From Tubiluchus corallicola (lineage: Eukaryota; Animalia; Priapulida), in the NCBI GenBank assembly GCA_030141605.1, contig JAQGDQ010000045.1, forward strand, positions 859,777 through 923,776: DNA of 64,000 bases. Reading direction: 5' to 3'. The notes under the pieces were generated by a model. The model was not told the DNA's origin. It did no database searches and saw only the letters and a list, made by a program, of their open reading frames with translations. Each line of letters begins with the position of its first letter. The stretch's first letter is position 1. Both the position numbers and the translations under genes were made by a program. Of the stretch, positions 37,881-52,255 are shown piece by piece.

Positions 37881-40800
37881 GGAGAAAGTGAGTAAGACAA
37901 AAAGACAGAACCAAGCATATCAAGCATATTTATTTTATTGTTCACTATTTGAAAATAGAAAAAAATTCCCAATCGCAAAGAAACTCCGGATATTTTGAAA
38001 AATATTATCCATCCATATTTAGTGTTTAATATTTTTGGTGAGCCAGATTTTTTTAATAACTGTATGAGAATCGTCAAAAAGCGATAAACACATTTTGTCG
38101 ACATTCTTAGACAAGTAGCTTCAGTGTTTATCTATAAAAACCATGGCTAAGTTACTTGTGACTTTCGCAAAAATATTTTAATATATTTTTCCAATTATTT
38201 TCTTTGTTACACTTTGAAGCACCATCAGAACAAACTGATCACAATGTCCTACCTACTAATAGGTTTAATGGTCATTTTTTGGACCTGTATTCAAAACTGT
38301 CTGTATAGTGTAGATTCTTCTCCTGAGTTGACACTGGCCTTGCTTGGAGGATTTGTGTAAAATAACATGAAAAAGAATAAGAAGGCAAAAGAAGAAGAAA
38401 AAGAAGAAGAATTAGAAAACGAAAACGAAGTAGATGATAATTGAAACTGGCGTTGTTTTTCTCAAAAACAGCAGTTTTAGTAATTAGTAATAAAACAAAA
38501 CAGTGAAAAATGTTCAGCGGACAGGATGAATAGTCTTCTGCTAAAGAAAGCCGGTCAGAATGCTTGTATGTAAAGTTGCAGAGTAAACCTCGCCGAGTTA
38601 ATTACCAAAGAGAAGGAAAATCTTTTCCAGGGTTAGATGCCTGTTTGCCTAGCTAGTTACTACAGCTACAAGGTATGATGGGATCAAATTGATTAAGGAA
38701 ACAAACGACAAACTACATAATTGTAGAACCCTGAATATTCACTGATAGATTACGAAAGCAAAAATTTTTCAGTAACCAAATTAAAGAAGTCAAATTAAGT
38801 TTAAGTTTGTCCTAGTAAGGATAAAACAATCATAATCTCTTGTACGCCTAAAACTAGGCGGAGGCGTAGTGTTCACTTTACTTTTGAACCCGTTTCCGTG
38901 ATATCGTAAAATCTTTGTGTCTTTGTGTGCAGTAAGTGTATGCAAAACGTTTTAGAATTCAAAAGGTGAATTTAAGAAAATCTATTAGATAAAAGCAGTG
39001 ATATTGACGTTGAGACTCGAAAACTATTTCTGAAAACATTTTCACTACATAGCACCCCGTCTTACATCAACCCTCGCACTATATCCTGCGTTCATTAGAC
39101 GTCATGGTCGAATGCACATAGGCATCACAGCGAAACCTCATTGGCTTCATCACCCTTGCAAACTTTAGCCATGTTTATCACGGATAGCACGAACACTTGA
39201 CCAGACAATCTTAACCCTGCCACCACTAATAAGTCTCAATTCTAATTACGCAGCTCTAATTAAGCTAATCTTTTAACTAATGAAAAAGGAACAAAGCTCT
39301 TACACATGATCTGATGTTGGTGAGTTGACCAAGCGTTATGCACAGGTACGCCTTAATTTAAGGGAAGGTTAGGGTTATTCATGAAATTAATAATGATGAA
39401 AGCTAAATCGGGTGCGTGAAACGCAAACTTCGTGGAAAACAGTTCAACGAAGCGTTATACCACCCTAATTGGTTCATACAGAGTAACTAACGAAAAGGGG
39501 TAAAATATGGCGGTGGAAGAACATGCTCTTTATGATTTTAATGAGTATACAAAACTCATTCATGTCTTCTCTGTTCCTCAGTGATCATATATATGGATAT
39601 ATATATATATATATGTATATAGGCAAACACCATCTTTACATAAACTGTCTTCTACAAATTGTTTTCCGTGCCGTGGTCTATAAGAATGCGTGAACGTAGC
39701 TATATTTTGTGAAACATCAAAATAGAACATTCTAGAATACGTGTAAAAACTAAAAACTATATGTGTGAAAATTTTAGGATTAAAGATTTGCTAAGCAAGT
39801 AGAGATTTCCGATATCGTTTAAAAATTATGATAACTGTTTTGCGATTAACTTTGCACGAGAAAAGTTGTCACTCTCAGTTAATAGTAGGACTATCTATAT
39901 ATGCCAGCCAGACGAGCAATTCAGCAGTAGATTGAGTAGCCCGAGTTCAACTCTAACCGTGAACCTTAAATTTTACTCTGTAAACGTATCAACTATAACC
40001 CCTTTTTGTTTTTAACACATATATTTATTTTCGGTAGTTATAAAACTATAAAAAATACTGTCATTATCACTATAGAAATAAAAACATGTATGTTTTTGTG
40101 CACATAATAAGACTGAGATTCCCTAGTAACAAGTCTATTACTATTATTTTGCTTAACATATGAATATTGCTGCAAAGCACAGAATTTTTTGAGATCAAGC
40201 AGGTTTATGTATTATACAATTTTATCATGTTAATGTGTTTTTGTAGAGTCGTGAATATTGTTTGGCTCTTTTATCTTGATCTAATCTAATCTGATCAAGC
40301 ATAATTTATAGTTCCTAAGCAATATGTCAAGCTAATCTCCTGCTTCGAGCTATTACAGCAGACTCCCTTATGAGTTGATTGGACTTTTTGTCAGAAGAAT
40401 AATGAAACAGTAACCTTGCTATTTGCAATCAGCGTCCACAGAACCAAATGGACGAACATGGTTATTGCTTGTACATGCATTCATCTATATTTCGACATTT
40501 TCTTAACATTAGGCTGAATTAGAAACAGATTACTGTGATGCAAACATGTTCGTGAAGACGAACGGGGATAATTTCCTAGCCGGGAGGAATCCTGCTCGCA
40601 GTTCGTCCAGCAGCTAATATTCAGAGGCTCCAGCAAGAAGCAAGCGCAGCAAGCAACCAAACATTTTCCAATTAGGCCGCCGGACACGCATCAATGAGCA
40701 AGGGGCGGATCGGCGCGATATAATGTCCGCATGTTGCTCATGCACAGATTCGGACAATCGCGCACTGAAATGTTCAGCATTAATTATGTATGTGTGCTAG

Positions 40801-41074
40801 GATTCAGCATGTATACCGCAATCACATATCAGGCATGCACCACGACAGGGTTCATTATACATTGAGTAACGTTACTGTATATTCAGAAGTTGAAGCTAGA
40901 AGAAAAAGAAACCGTTGTGCAAAAGAAACCAATTTACTCTGAAGAGCGAATGTCACTCACCAAAAAATGCGCGCAACTGAAGAATGGAAAGATAACTCTA
41001 GAAGACGGCCCACAGACATGCTTCATAATAGTTTACCATAAAAATCGTTCATCATTATTTTTGTCGTCGCCGTT

Positions 41075-41159
<85 letters not shown>

Positions 41160-41242
41160 ACAGCAGTAGTAGTAGCAACAACTTCATCATCATCATCAGC
41201 AGCAGCAACAACAACAGCAACAAGAACAACAACAACAACAAT

Positions 41243-41298
<56 letters not shown>

Positions 41299-41345
41299 GA
41301 ACAACAACAACAACACAACAGCACCAGCAACAGCAACAGCAATAG
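41075..41345. repeat. Compound trinucleotide repeat (CAT)n/(CAA)n/(CAG)n
   Basis: Directly visible; produces the poly-S/T and poly-M/L ORFs. Confidence 0.97.
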
Positions 41346-44300
41346 CATCACCATTACCATAACCATAATCATCACTAAGATCTATATTTTGTCTCGTACG
41401 AGGCACACACCCATATCAGAGTCGACACTGTATACACGCCAACGTAATTTATGCAAACAGCCTCTTAACTTCATGAGAATTGAAAATTTATAGTAAGCAG
41501 CGTGTGCATACTATTACGCAATGCCATCATTCCGGATTTACTGGGAGAAAAATTTCTTATGACAAGCATAAATGCAATCTAAACGCAACTGAAGCATAAC
41601 AGCTTCCAAAAAAACACTAAGAAAGTTCGGTAGTAAAAGCACGCGTATACAACAAGTTGTTTTTCGGGTCTTGAATAGCAATGCCCCACATTACACTTGC
41701 ACATTAATTTTTCATAATGTGGCCACGGTTTTCAGAGGCCTTCCATTGGATTGGTGTGCGCCTATGAAAATCAGGACATCATTGGTTGGCTTCAGTTTAA
41801 GACAAAAATCTTTGCTAGTACAACTAACATCATTAGACCTAAAGATAAAGTGGAATAATAGTTTGAAACGTCATGTTTTTTCTTCATATTTTGATTGTGG
41901 GATTTTTTTTAAATTTATCATTAGGCCTACTACGTAACAACAGAATAGTACGCAAAACTATAACTTGGTTTTTGCGTTCCATCTTAGTGGATTACTCTTG
42001 ATAGTGTACTAATGCACAATAGGTCTGTCACTACAATCTCCATCAACAGGTATAGGCCTCATCGTTGACTAGCGCAACCAGGCTTGAATACTCGATATGT
42101 ATAAAAAACATATCATGTTATATTGTATCACGAAATTTAGCGTTCCGACACTTCCCGAATGTCGGATATGTGAAAACTTATAATTGTAAGTTTAAATATA
42201 TCACTGAAACGGCATCATTGTAATATCCACATGCAAGTGTTTGGAAACTCAAAAAGGTTTATTCGCGGAAACAATAATATTGATACTGTGGACTACGCTA
42301 AGCTTCGCAAACCTGCATTTGTAGTTCGTTATAGACCAACCAATGTCACATCGGTTTGTCCTATTTGCACGCAGTTACGTTAAAAAATTCGAAGGCGATG
42401 GATGAAGTTGCTTTTGGATGGTGTATGTCACATTCGAGTTTAGGCTAAATTTCGGCACATGAAAAACCTCACTAGAATCAAGTTCGGTATTGTAGATCAA
42501 TACCCTTTCAATTTTTGTTGTGTCGAGGCAAGCAAAATGCGAATAATTCAATCTCAGAGAAGTTAACTGTGAGATCTAAATTGTTGGCCCATTTTGTATA
42601 AATCGTATGCATGGTGGGCATAGTTAAAACGTGTTGGAAACAAAAGTATGGTAAAAAAAACTACAGTGCAGCTGAATAACTAATTCACAAAAAGCTAGAT
42701 AAACTGTTTTTCAAACCTGAAATGAGAGTTCTGACAAACTATACTACACATATTCGTCGTAAAACGCCATACTGCTATTTGAAGGTGCACCAGAGAGGGC
42801 AATTGTTTGTAATGTATGTAAAACAAGAGAAGATGCAACATTTCTTGAGTTGCCAACTGCGAAATACGAAATTATATAAACTCGGAAGACGCATTCAAGA
42901 AAAAAATTAATCAATCTTATTTCCGCTGAGCTAGAGCATTCCATTTAAATGTTCAAACAATCTGCCTCTTTTCCTTGGAAAATATAGACTTTAGTTTGTG
43001 CTGATCTAATATAAATTGTCACTGAGCTCAGCTCGACTGACAGCAGGAACTTTCCATTCCGTGTAATGCCAGTAGTCTCTAGAATCAACATGATTAAGTA
43101 CACTGTGATTAGTTGGAATATTTATCCAGTATGAAGATTTAATGTACAGTAATTATCTCTTGGGGGATACGAAGTGATTGCGGCAGTCTTAAAGCTTGCG
43201 TCTCTATAGGGCAATACAGAATTTACTGTCTCATGTGTGTTACTACCGACCTGTATTAAAAAAAATTCGCAGGAAATTTAAATTGTTCGCAAAAAAGCAA
43301 AAAAGTGGTTACTTCTGGTTGCATGTCAGGTAAAGTCTTATGCACACGTAACTGAAATATCTTACAAAGTAAGTATGCACTGATACGTGAAATTTTCAAC
43401 AGTGATAGTTTATTTTTATTTAAATATATCATTATTGAACAAATCAGCTATGTATGAACACCTACATACAAAGTTAATTTGTAAATGAAGGTTTTATTGT
43501 ACTTTTATTTATGTATATGCGATATGTAGTAATTTTTTTGTTTACATGACATTGTTTAATTATCATTTATATTTTTTTCTGTTTTTGCTATTGCAAAGAT
43601 CTTAATGTTAATTGTATTGTTGCAGAATAAATTATCATAATTGTGCTTCAGAAGTTATATCTCGAAAACAGAACTAGAAGCGGATCCCAATGGCTGACCT
43701 TTTATGCGTCATGCGTGAGATTCACAGACTCCGTGTCCTAGACAGAACTTGACCCATCTCTGAGATCCACTAGCATTATATATTTCATCGACGCATTTGT
43801 ATATTATTTATACTACGTGGAGTCACACCAGAATAACCAGCTACAAATGGCGACCCGTGCAAGTGGCCTATTACAGACAAGGGCCCATGAGTCATAGGCT
43901 CGCTCCCAGTTTTGCATAGATTTTAGATTTTCACCTAACACGTCTTTATTTTAAAATGGTCGTAACCATATTCTCAATGGAAAGCGGTATATTACAAGAC
44001 TAACTATTTTAGAATAATCATTTTTAATCATTTGAGCTAGAGTTTCGTACAAAAAATACCATAGGCCTGTAGAGTGTAAAGAAATAATCCATTAGTGTTT
44101 GACAAATGGGCTAAGTTGCTCATGTAGCAATAATAATTTTAATTATTTTTCATGCAATTATTGCTAGTTATTTGCATTAAAAAACCAAAATACGAAAACT
44201 CGGGTGCGCCACCGAAATCCGCCATTTCTATATTACAACATGCATAAAAAATCGTTGTGATGAGCATCTATAGCCATAATAATATTGTACATTGATAATA

Positions 44301-44591
44301 TGGACAGTGAATGCGTTAAACATAAAATATTCATTGTAATTTAATTAATCGAGCACAGTATGCTTGTATGTACCGTGAGAAAAGCGCGCTTGCCTATGTA
44401 CATGACATAGTGAATTTTACGCTTATGATTCTGAATTGACAGGCATAGAAGTAACACACCTCAACATGAGTGTACAACATTGTCTATAATATTATCGTCG
44501 ATAGCAGATAATTGTAGCCAAAATACTTCTAGGAAAGTAAATAATAAAAAGCAAACAGCAATTCATATAAAACTGATGTTTATTAACCAAT

Positions 44592-44627
44592 CCTGACGCG
44601 TTTCGCACCTAGGTACATTGTAAAAAG
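44592..44627 (-). ncRNA. Second, probably inactive, copy of the minimal hammerhead (G5 changed to U)
   Basis: Minus strand CTT-TTTACAA-T-GTACC-TA-GGTGC-GAAA-CGCG-TC-AGG. Stem II is fully paired but the core reads UUUACAA. Confidence 0.45.
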
Positions 44628-44698
44628 TAATTTTCTTCGTACGAGCCATTGTATTTTTTTCACACAAACTACAATGATTGTTTGTACGAAGAAAATTA

Positions 44699-44734
44699 CC
44701 TTTGACAATGTGCCAAGGCTCGAAACGCGTCAGG
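44699..44734 (+). ncRNA. Minimal type I hammerhead ribozyme variant (U3-A8 core), PLE type
   Basis: CCT-TTGACAA-T-GTGCC-AA-GGCTC-GAAA-CGCG-TC-AGG. Stem I CCT/AGG closes immediately after the GUC triplet; palindromic stem III ACGCGT; stem II has one mismatch. Confidence 0.55.
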
Positions 44735-45348
44735 ACTGATTAATAAACATTAGTTTTATGTAAATTGCTGTTTGCTTTATTATGAATGCAATAGTATTAA
44801 TTCGTTCACACGTAGAACATAATTGGATCTTTAAAAATTAAATGAAACATTTGCAGTAAATATTTACCACAACTAAATTAGAGGTTTAATATGTTTTTAA
44901 TTTGGTATAGGCTAGCTGATCGTGAACCGGCCTGTATAGGCTATATTACAAACCCCGCCCCATTTACTCCCACTTAACTCGTTTCCATTGTTCATGCGAC
45001 TCGGCTATTCCACACAAATACATTTCGACAAAATTACTTCAACTGTAAACTGTAGAGTAGGAACAGTAGATGTAATAATGTCTGGAGTGTTCTTACAGTT
45101 ACTAGACATCTGCCATTCCTGGCATCGAACATCCCTAGCTGCGAACTCTAATTCGTGATAATTAGTAATACTGGCCTAAATGAAATCAGAGTATTCCGCC
45201 CCTTGATGAGATATAAAAACTTTCTGGGTGAATGCATCGATAGCTTCAATGTGGCTAATTCCTTCTTTTCTTCCTTTCTTGCTTTGTTCTTTTCTTTCCT
45301 TCACTCACTCGCTTACTTGTTCGTTCGTTAGTTCAATCATCCAGTCAC

Positions 45349-45408
45349 TCATTCATTCATTCATTCATTCATTCATTCATTCATTCATTCATTCATTCAT
45401 TCATTCAT
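45349..45408. repeat. (TTCA)n microsatellite
   Basis: Directly visible. Confidence 0.95.
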
Positions 45409-45442
45409 TTACTTCATTCCTACCTTCTCACTAGACCAAAAC

Positions 45443-45719
45443 CAGTGGTTTCCAACCTTTTGTGATTCACGGTCTACTTAGCTTTCGGAAGAAAAAATCA
45501 TGGCCCACTATAGTCAACGGCATATAGTCAACGGCATATACTGGAATAATTGTTTTTATATCACTTTTTTTTCATTGACATTCATTTTTCATTGAAATAT
45601 CCAAAAAAAGATGAAAAAGAAAAAACAAAGATTCTTTTATTAGGCTAAGCAAAATACCTTCGACTTGCAAAGTACCACATGGTCCATGGTCCATATGGCC
45701 TACTAGTTGGCAACCATTG
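45443..45719. mobile_element. Non-autonomous hAT (Charlie-like) MITE
   Basis: TIRs CAGTGGTTTCCAAC and GTTGGCAACCATTG, with GGCCCAC/GGTCCA subterminal motifs and an internal 14-bp duplication TATAGTCAACGGCA. The 8-bp flanks match only 4/8 (ACCAAAAC / ACTTTAAT). Confidence 0.7.
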
Positions 45720-47382
45720 ACTTTAATAGAGTGATAGTCTTGACTTCAAGCTGCAGCGTGCAATTTTTTCAGCAAATCTATCCTTTTTATTTGGAAATCC
45801 TGACGCTTGTCGGTAATTCCAAAGAAACAAACTCGAGCGCTTCATGGAACGAAACCATAAAATCGATATTTTAAAGCTAAAAGTTCTTATTGAGTGATCA
45901 GCAGATGTATAACACGGTCAGTGACTATAAATGAAAATAATTGTGGGAAAATCATCCTGGGCTTTCTCTATTATCCTTTCACTGTTTCCAAAGAGCGGAA
46001 AAATAGCAAAGTTGGTGCGGAACCTTTAAACGGTGTAGCATAAAAATAGAAATATTAAAAGAGCCAAAAAGGACCAAAAATAATTATTTAAATTTACGAA
46101 AAACGTATAAATGTGCACAATTGAATACGGCTTCAAACAGAACATCAAAAAAAATTTGGAAGCGAAATTTTTCCTATAGCACGTAGATATTAATAAGTAT
46201 GCATTTATGAACTAAAAAGTTGGCACATTTTTATAAAATGCATCAAAAACTAATACCATTGTATATATTAATCTAGTAAAGCATCTAGGTTTACATAATA
46301 AACGTATCTACGATTTTAGCCGCGGGCAAATAAGGTTTAACTCGAAACAAATTGCAAAAGAAAGTTTGTCAGTTGGGTTTTTACAACTTTACAGTATTAC
46401 TGACGTTGCACGTTTACTTCTGATGAGAGCAACTCTCTTTCTATAATATACTGTGAGTCTGTGAACCACTTAGTCTAGAACAAACGACTGGGGAAGTCGT
46501 TTTAACTTTTTAAGCGCAGCAGTTTATTTTTGTCATCTAAAATAAAGTCTTCAGTTTACAAACATGCATAAATTAGGATAAATGTGTTTTGACATGCATA
46601 ACACTGTCAAGATGGATGATTTTAACGCTTAATTATGTAACTCATGAACCTTGACCGCGTGATCATGCACTACAGTACCACAAAATAAAGTAGACCGTAA
46701 GATGTTATTTTTGCAACATCAGTAAAAATTCCTTGCATTGTGACGTGTTCGTGACCTCAAAGAGCACAGGAAAGCGGAAAAATTACAAATGACAGCAAAT
46801 ACGTCTTCTCACATTTTCGTGAGAATCTGACAATTTTTGAAACCAAGTCGCTTGACAGTTTGGGAATTATAAACGGTCGTCGTAATAGCAATAAAATATG
46901 AATTTGCACGACTTTCCTCATAGCGGTCTATAATAGGGCACGGTTTATTAGCCACATCGCTGGCTGGCTTGCTGCAGCAAATGGCGAATTAATTATGCTA
47001 ATCGGGTAAATAATTAATCAATCTGCGGACAAATTAACGAGTGTGTCAGTGAAGTGACCGTGTTCGTATAATTAGGAGGGTTAGACTGTAGAAACTGAAT
47101 GGAAATAAGTAATGTCTTAATCACTACTATGTAGATTTTTCTATTTAGTGCCCTAATATGCAACACAGTCCTCTCATCAGGGACCCAACGCTGTTTCGAA
47201 GATGCAACTCTAAAGCTTTTAAAATCTGTAAACCACAAGAAGTTAAATGTAGTTATATAAACATAATTTTCTGAAAGATATACACAGAAATTGGTAATCT
47301 TCATAATATACATAACGCCCAGACCAAAGTGATAAAATAAAAAGTATGATGACCATGATGATAATTTCTACGTGTGTTAAAA

Positions 47383-47475
47383 TAATGATGATGATGATGA
47401 TGATAATAACGATGATGATGACGACAATGACGGCAACGACGACAATGTTGATCACGACAACAACGGTGATGCTGA
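47383..47475. repeat. Degenerate (GAT/GAC/AAT)n repeat
   Basis: Directly visible. Confidence 0.85.
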
Positions 47476-48315
47476 TAAGAGTAACAACAATGCTAACAAG
47501 TTATAATCTTTCATTGTGATAATAATCATTTAAGATGCTGCTCATGTCATAGAACTCTTAAACAAACCCTTGAAGAAAACGAGGATCAACAGTGCTCGTC
47601 GTTGCTTTTCAGCAATTTTGGTGTGTAATTTAAAATGGAGGACGACAAATCAAAGCTTCCTGTTGGTGTGAAACATGTTGGCTAGCAATCAAGGTACAAC
47701 TACAAAGAAATGAAAACAAAATCCGACGTCATTAAGTCACCGAATGTTGATGCTGCGCTAAACAAATTCATCGTCCACAATAAACAGTGTGCCGATAATT
47801 TTAGTATTACAGCTCTCGAGGAAGCTGCGGGTAAGAGCTGTGTCAATAACGCTGGGGTGTTCGACCACGAAGGAGGAAACTGACTCTGTAATCAAAATGT
47901 ACAAAATTGTAACAAGTATTCCTACACGACTACGACTAAACAGACCATGTCTCGTTTGATGTCTCCTGACAAGATTGAAAAAACTAACATCGTCTTATGG
48001 ATGTTAGCTGCAAAATTGCCAAAACGGTAGTGCGAATCAATGTATGTCTAATGCCAAAAGTTGCGTAGTTATGTTTGGCGATACGAAACTCGAATTTATG
48101 TAATACTTAGCCTTATAAATAAGATTATTTTGGCTACACTTTAGATCAGTTGTTGGGAACATACTTATTTTCACGGGAAACGAATAATGATATGAAAATG
48201 AGACAAACAAATAAAACACACCAACAGTGCAACCTATTCTAGCTTAGTCCAAACTATTTTAAGTTAGTTGCTCACACATGCTTGCTTTCATATATTTCAA
48301 GATAACGTTACCACT

Positions 48316-48498
48316 CTAATAATGGCTTCCCATGTCTTTCGATGACTTCTCATTACTGTTGAAACCAGTTTCGCACTTCTCGGTAGCTTGAAAAATAATG
48401 ACCGAAATAAAAAGCTGTAAGTTTTGTGCTCGTGGATGATCTGTGTGAATGCTTGACTGTGCGAAGGCATCAAAAGCAGCAAACGGACATTTTTTCAA
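48316..48498 (-). mobile_element. Possible hAT transposase C-terminal dimerisation-domain remnant
   Basis: DHPRAQNLQLFISVIIFQATEKCETGFN resembles the Charlie-type EYPxL...LLPFxTTYLCETGFS motif. Short match only. Confidence 0.35.
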
Positions 48499-48585
48499 AT
48501 GTACGAAGCCACATCTATCATGAAGCTTTTGGAAGCCGGGTGAAAACTGAATGATGAGTTTAAATGGTGAGAAGAACAGGACCAG

Positions 48586-48916
<331 letters not shown>

Positions 48917-49794
48917 ACGATACAGCTTAACTATTAGTTGTGTAATTGTCGAAAAAAATCGTGATGCAAACACGAAACTTTTACCATAATATAATACAAA
49001 ATTGAGTTAGACCTTCTTAAACCTGTTCTATACATGCGACGAAATGAATTGAAGCATTCTATCTGGAAAATAAACAAACGTACGCGACAGAAAGTATGTA
49101 TGTAATACTCTAGTTCCTCTTAAATGCACAATAACCGTGAGTCAATGGCTTTTTATATCGATTTTTCACGAATGGAGATACGATGTGCCCCATGTGCTGG
49201 AACTGCCCTAAGTCACCCCGAGTGTGCAGCTTTTCGTCTTGTTCTCAATGTAACCTCTTTTGAAACCGGCTTCTACAATGTTTTGCACTTAGTTCTTAAA
49301 GTTGAAATTGCCGTAGTCTTGTTCTGTGTAACAAGTTAACAGCTTTGTGTACTTCCCCTGCTGAAAACTTGATACACAGCACAATCAGGAACACGTGATA
49401 TGAGCTCCAATTAGACACAATAAACCGGCGATAGAGTTGCTGAAAGCTCCCTAAATATTGCTCCCTAAAATATTGCTTAACTAAAGCGCATTGAATTCTG
49501 CATGAATGCCAATTAATTTTGTTTGTCATGGTGAAGCTGACTTCATGTGTAAACATTTTTTATGCTTCGCAGAACCTCAGTTTGATTTTCTGAGTCGTTT
49601 ATAATATAAAACTTGATTTAGTTAAACAAGCGATTCTTAGATAAACTTATTACTTTGACTTAACAACGGTAACGATTTTTATGATCAGGAATAATAAATG
49701 AGTAATGTTCAAAATCGCACTGATTAGTGCCTATCACTGTTTTTCTTGTTCACGCAAATGTCGTTGTTGCTGTTGTCACTTTTGTCCTGTCACT

Positions 49795-50185
<391 letters not shown>

Positions 50186-50403
50186 TTATGTTCTTTTATA
50201 TACGTGTAGGCCTGGAAAAATAAAATTTATTATGGACTGTTTGACTGAAATTTATTATTATTATTAAAATCAATGACAAGAAATTTAGTTTGTTGTATGC
50301 GTTTTGCCTTTTTGATTTTAAATCACGCAGGTAGGTAGGTAGCCTAATTATAAACATTCGCTTCAACAGTGTGGGTAAAATACAGAATCACTGAACTGGT
50401 TCT

Positions 50404-50404
<1 letters not shown>

Positions 50405-50497
<93 letters not shown>

Positions 50498-50533
50498 TAA
50501 TAATAATAATAATAATAATAAAAATAATAATAA
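50405..50533. repeat. (TAA)n microsatellite
   Basis: Directly visible. Confidence 0.97.
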
Positions 50534-52255
50534 CTTCTTACTTATATAATTAAGCGCTTTCGTGCCGCGTAAATATAGGAGGAAACCTATAGCATTATTT
50601 CTAACGAATTATGCCATTCTAGCAAAGTTTGTACACGCGCTAATATAATGAGGTGTTTTCTTTGTGTGATCAAACACCTGCCAACTAGAATGCAACAGGT
50701 AAATACAGGTAATAAAACGTGCGTGCATCATACAGTCTCTCTCCCAGTCCTTACGTTGACCGTGATGGATATAACCTAGCCTGCCTCTGCATACAGTAAT
50801 TATTTTTTATAGTATTATTTTGTCCATAAAGAGCGTTCATGCTTGCTATCTAACAATCATGCTAAGAGCTGAAACACTGTACGTTTTATAAACAGACTTG
50901 TTCTTACAAGAAAAAATTACTACTGTTCAGCTTTAGTTATGCTGGGCAGCTAAGCGTGTTAAAATAGCAATACACATTATACGTTATGTGTACGTTGTAT
51001 ATAAATATAATACATATAGATTACTCATATATTTTCCTCCTAATCGATAGATTATATGATAGACATTCTAAAGTAGTATAATGCATTTATAATAACAAAA
51101 TTATGAATTTCATTAAAAATCGTTTACTGTAATTTCTTCGAAGCCTATCTATGTTGAGTTAACTTGACTGGAAACCTGCAGGAACTGTGATTATGAATGG
51201 TTTTCACGGCCTCATATACAAATATATCCAGAGACTTGGTTTTCTATAAAGAGATTTCGATGAAACACTTCTATCGCCGGAGACGCGAACATAGTGTTAC
51301 TATAAAATAAAATGCTACTGACCGGTAGAAACTAGACTGATGTAATAACGTTATTTTTCAATTAAAAATCAAAGCTACCGACCTATAAAATGTTCCATAA
51401 AACGTTTGTTGAGATTGATAATTAGTAGAAAATTAAATCTTTTTGAAGCACGCTATTTTTGGATTTTGGCAGATTTTTGACAGCCGTTGTACTTATTTGA
51501 GGATTCTGCTATTCATTTCTAAGCACACGCGACGTAAAAATTTAAGTGATACCTCTTTATTTTAGTATTTAAGAAAAAAATATAGTCAACTGTTAACAAA
51601 AATAATGTATAACGAAAATTACATCTTTACTTCGTATAACTCCTACTTAGAGGTATCTTGTACTTTCAAGAAAAACATCAATTATTCCTCTAATACATTT
51701 GACAAATGCAGGATTTTAATCAGGTAAACAAACCATGCAGTTTTTTAAAATTAATTATCCAATGAGTACAAGGCAGATCCTGCCTGTAATATGGGAAGCC
51801 ATAAAAGTGTGTTTATTATACCATACGACAAGATTGACAAGAGCAGTGGATTCGATCACAGCTCACTGAAGCTGAAAAAAGCTGAGCTGCAAACAATTCA
51901 GAGTAAAAATTAGCGAATTTTGAAGGCAGCAAATTAAAAGCAATAATAATTCTATCTGGACAGATTAATGGCCATTTAATGGAGTGAATTAATGCAGACA
52001 AAATTATTAACAGCATAGTTTGCAAATGAGCGAAGTAACACTATGAAAACATCGTTTTATAACTTCTGAGAATGAAGCCAAGTAAAAAAGTTTCTATAGA
52101 ACTAATGTAGTTACAGGCCTACAAGGTGTATGACTTCAAATGGTCTATCCAAAAATTTCTTTGATTTATTAAGTCATTTATTTTTGCATCGAAATTCGAT
52201 CTCATTTAGAAGTGCGTAAAACTATTGCTTTATGCATGAAACAACTTTCACCTAC

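Larger units (their letters stand above)
44541..44783. mobile_element. Inverted pair of Penelope-like pLTR ends forming a hairpin of about 240 bp
   Basis: Arms AAAGCAAACAGCAATT...CCTGACGCGTTTCG...GTAATTTTCTTCGTAC and GTACGAAGAAAATTAC...CGAAACGCGTCAGG...AATTGCTGTTTGCTTT. Each arm has a CGAAACGCGTCAGG motif followed by AATAAA. Confidence 0.75.

Noticed and set aside
40890-41406. Mucin-like poly-S/T ORF and poly-L/M antisense ORF
   Set aside because: Trinucleotide microsatellite; no splice or start context.
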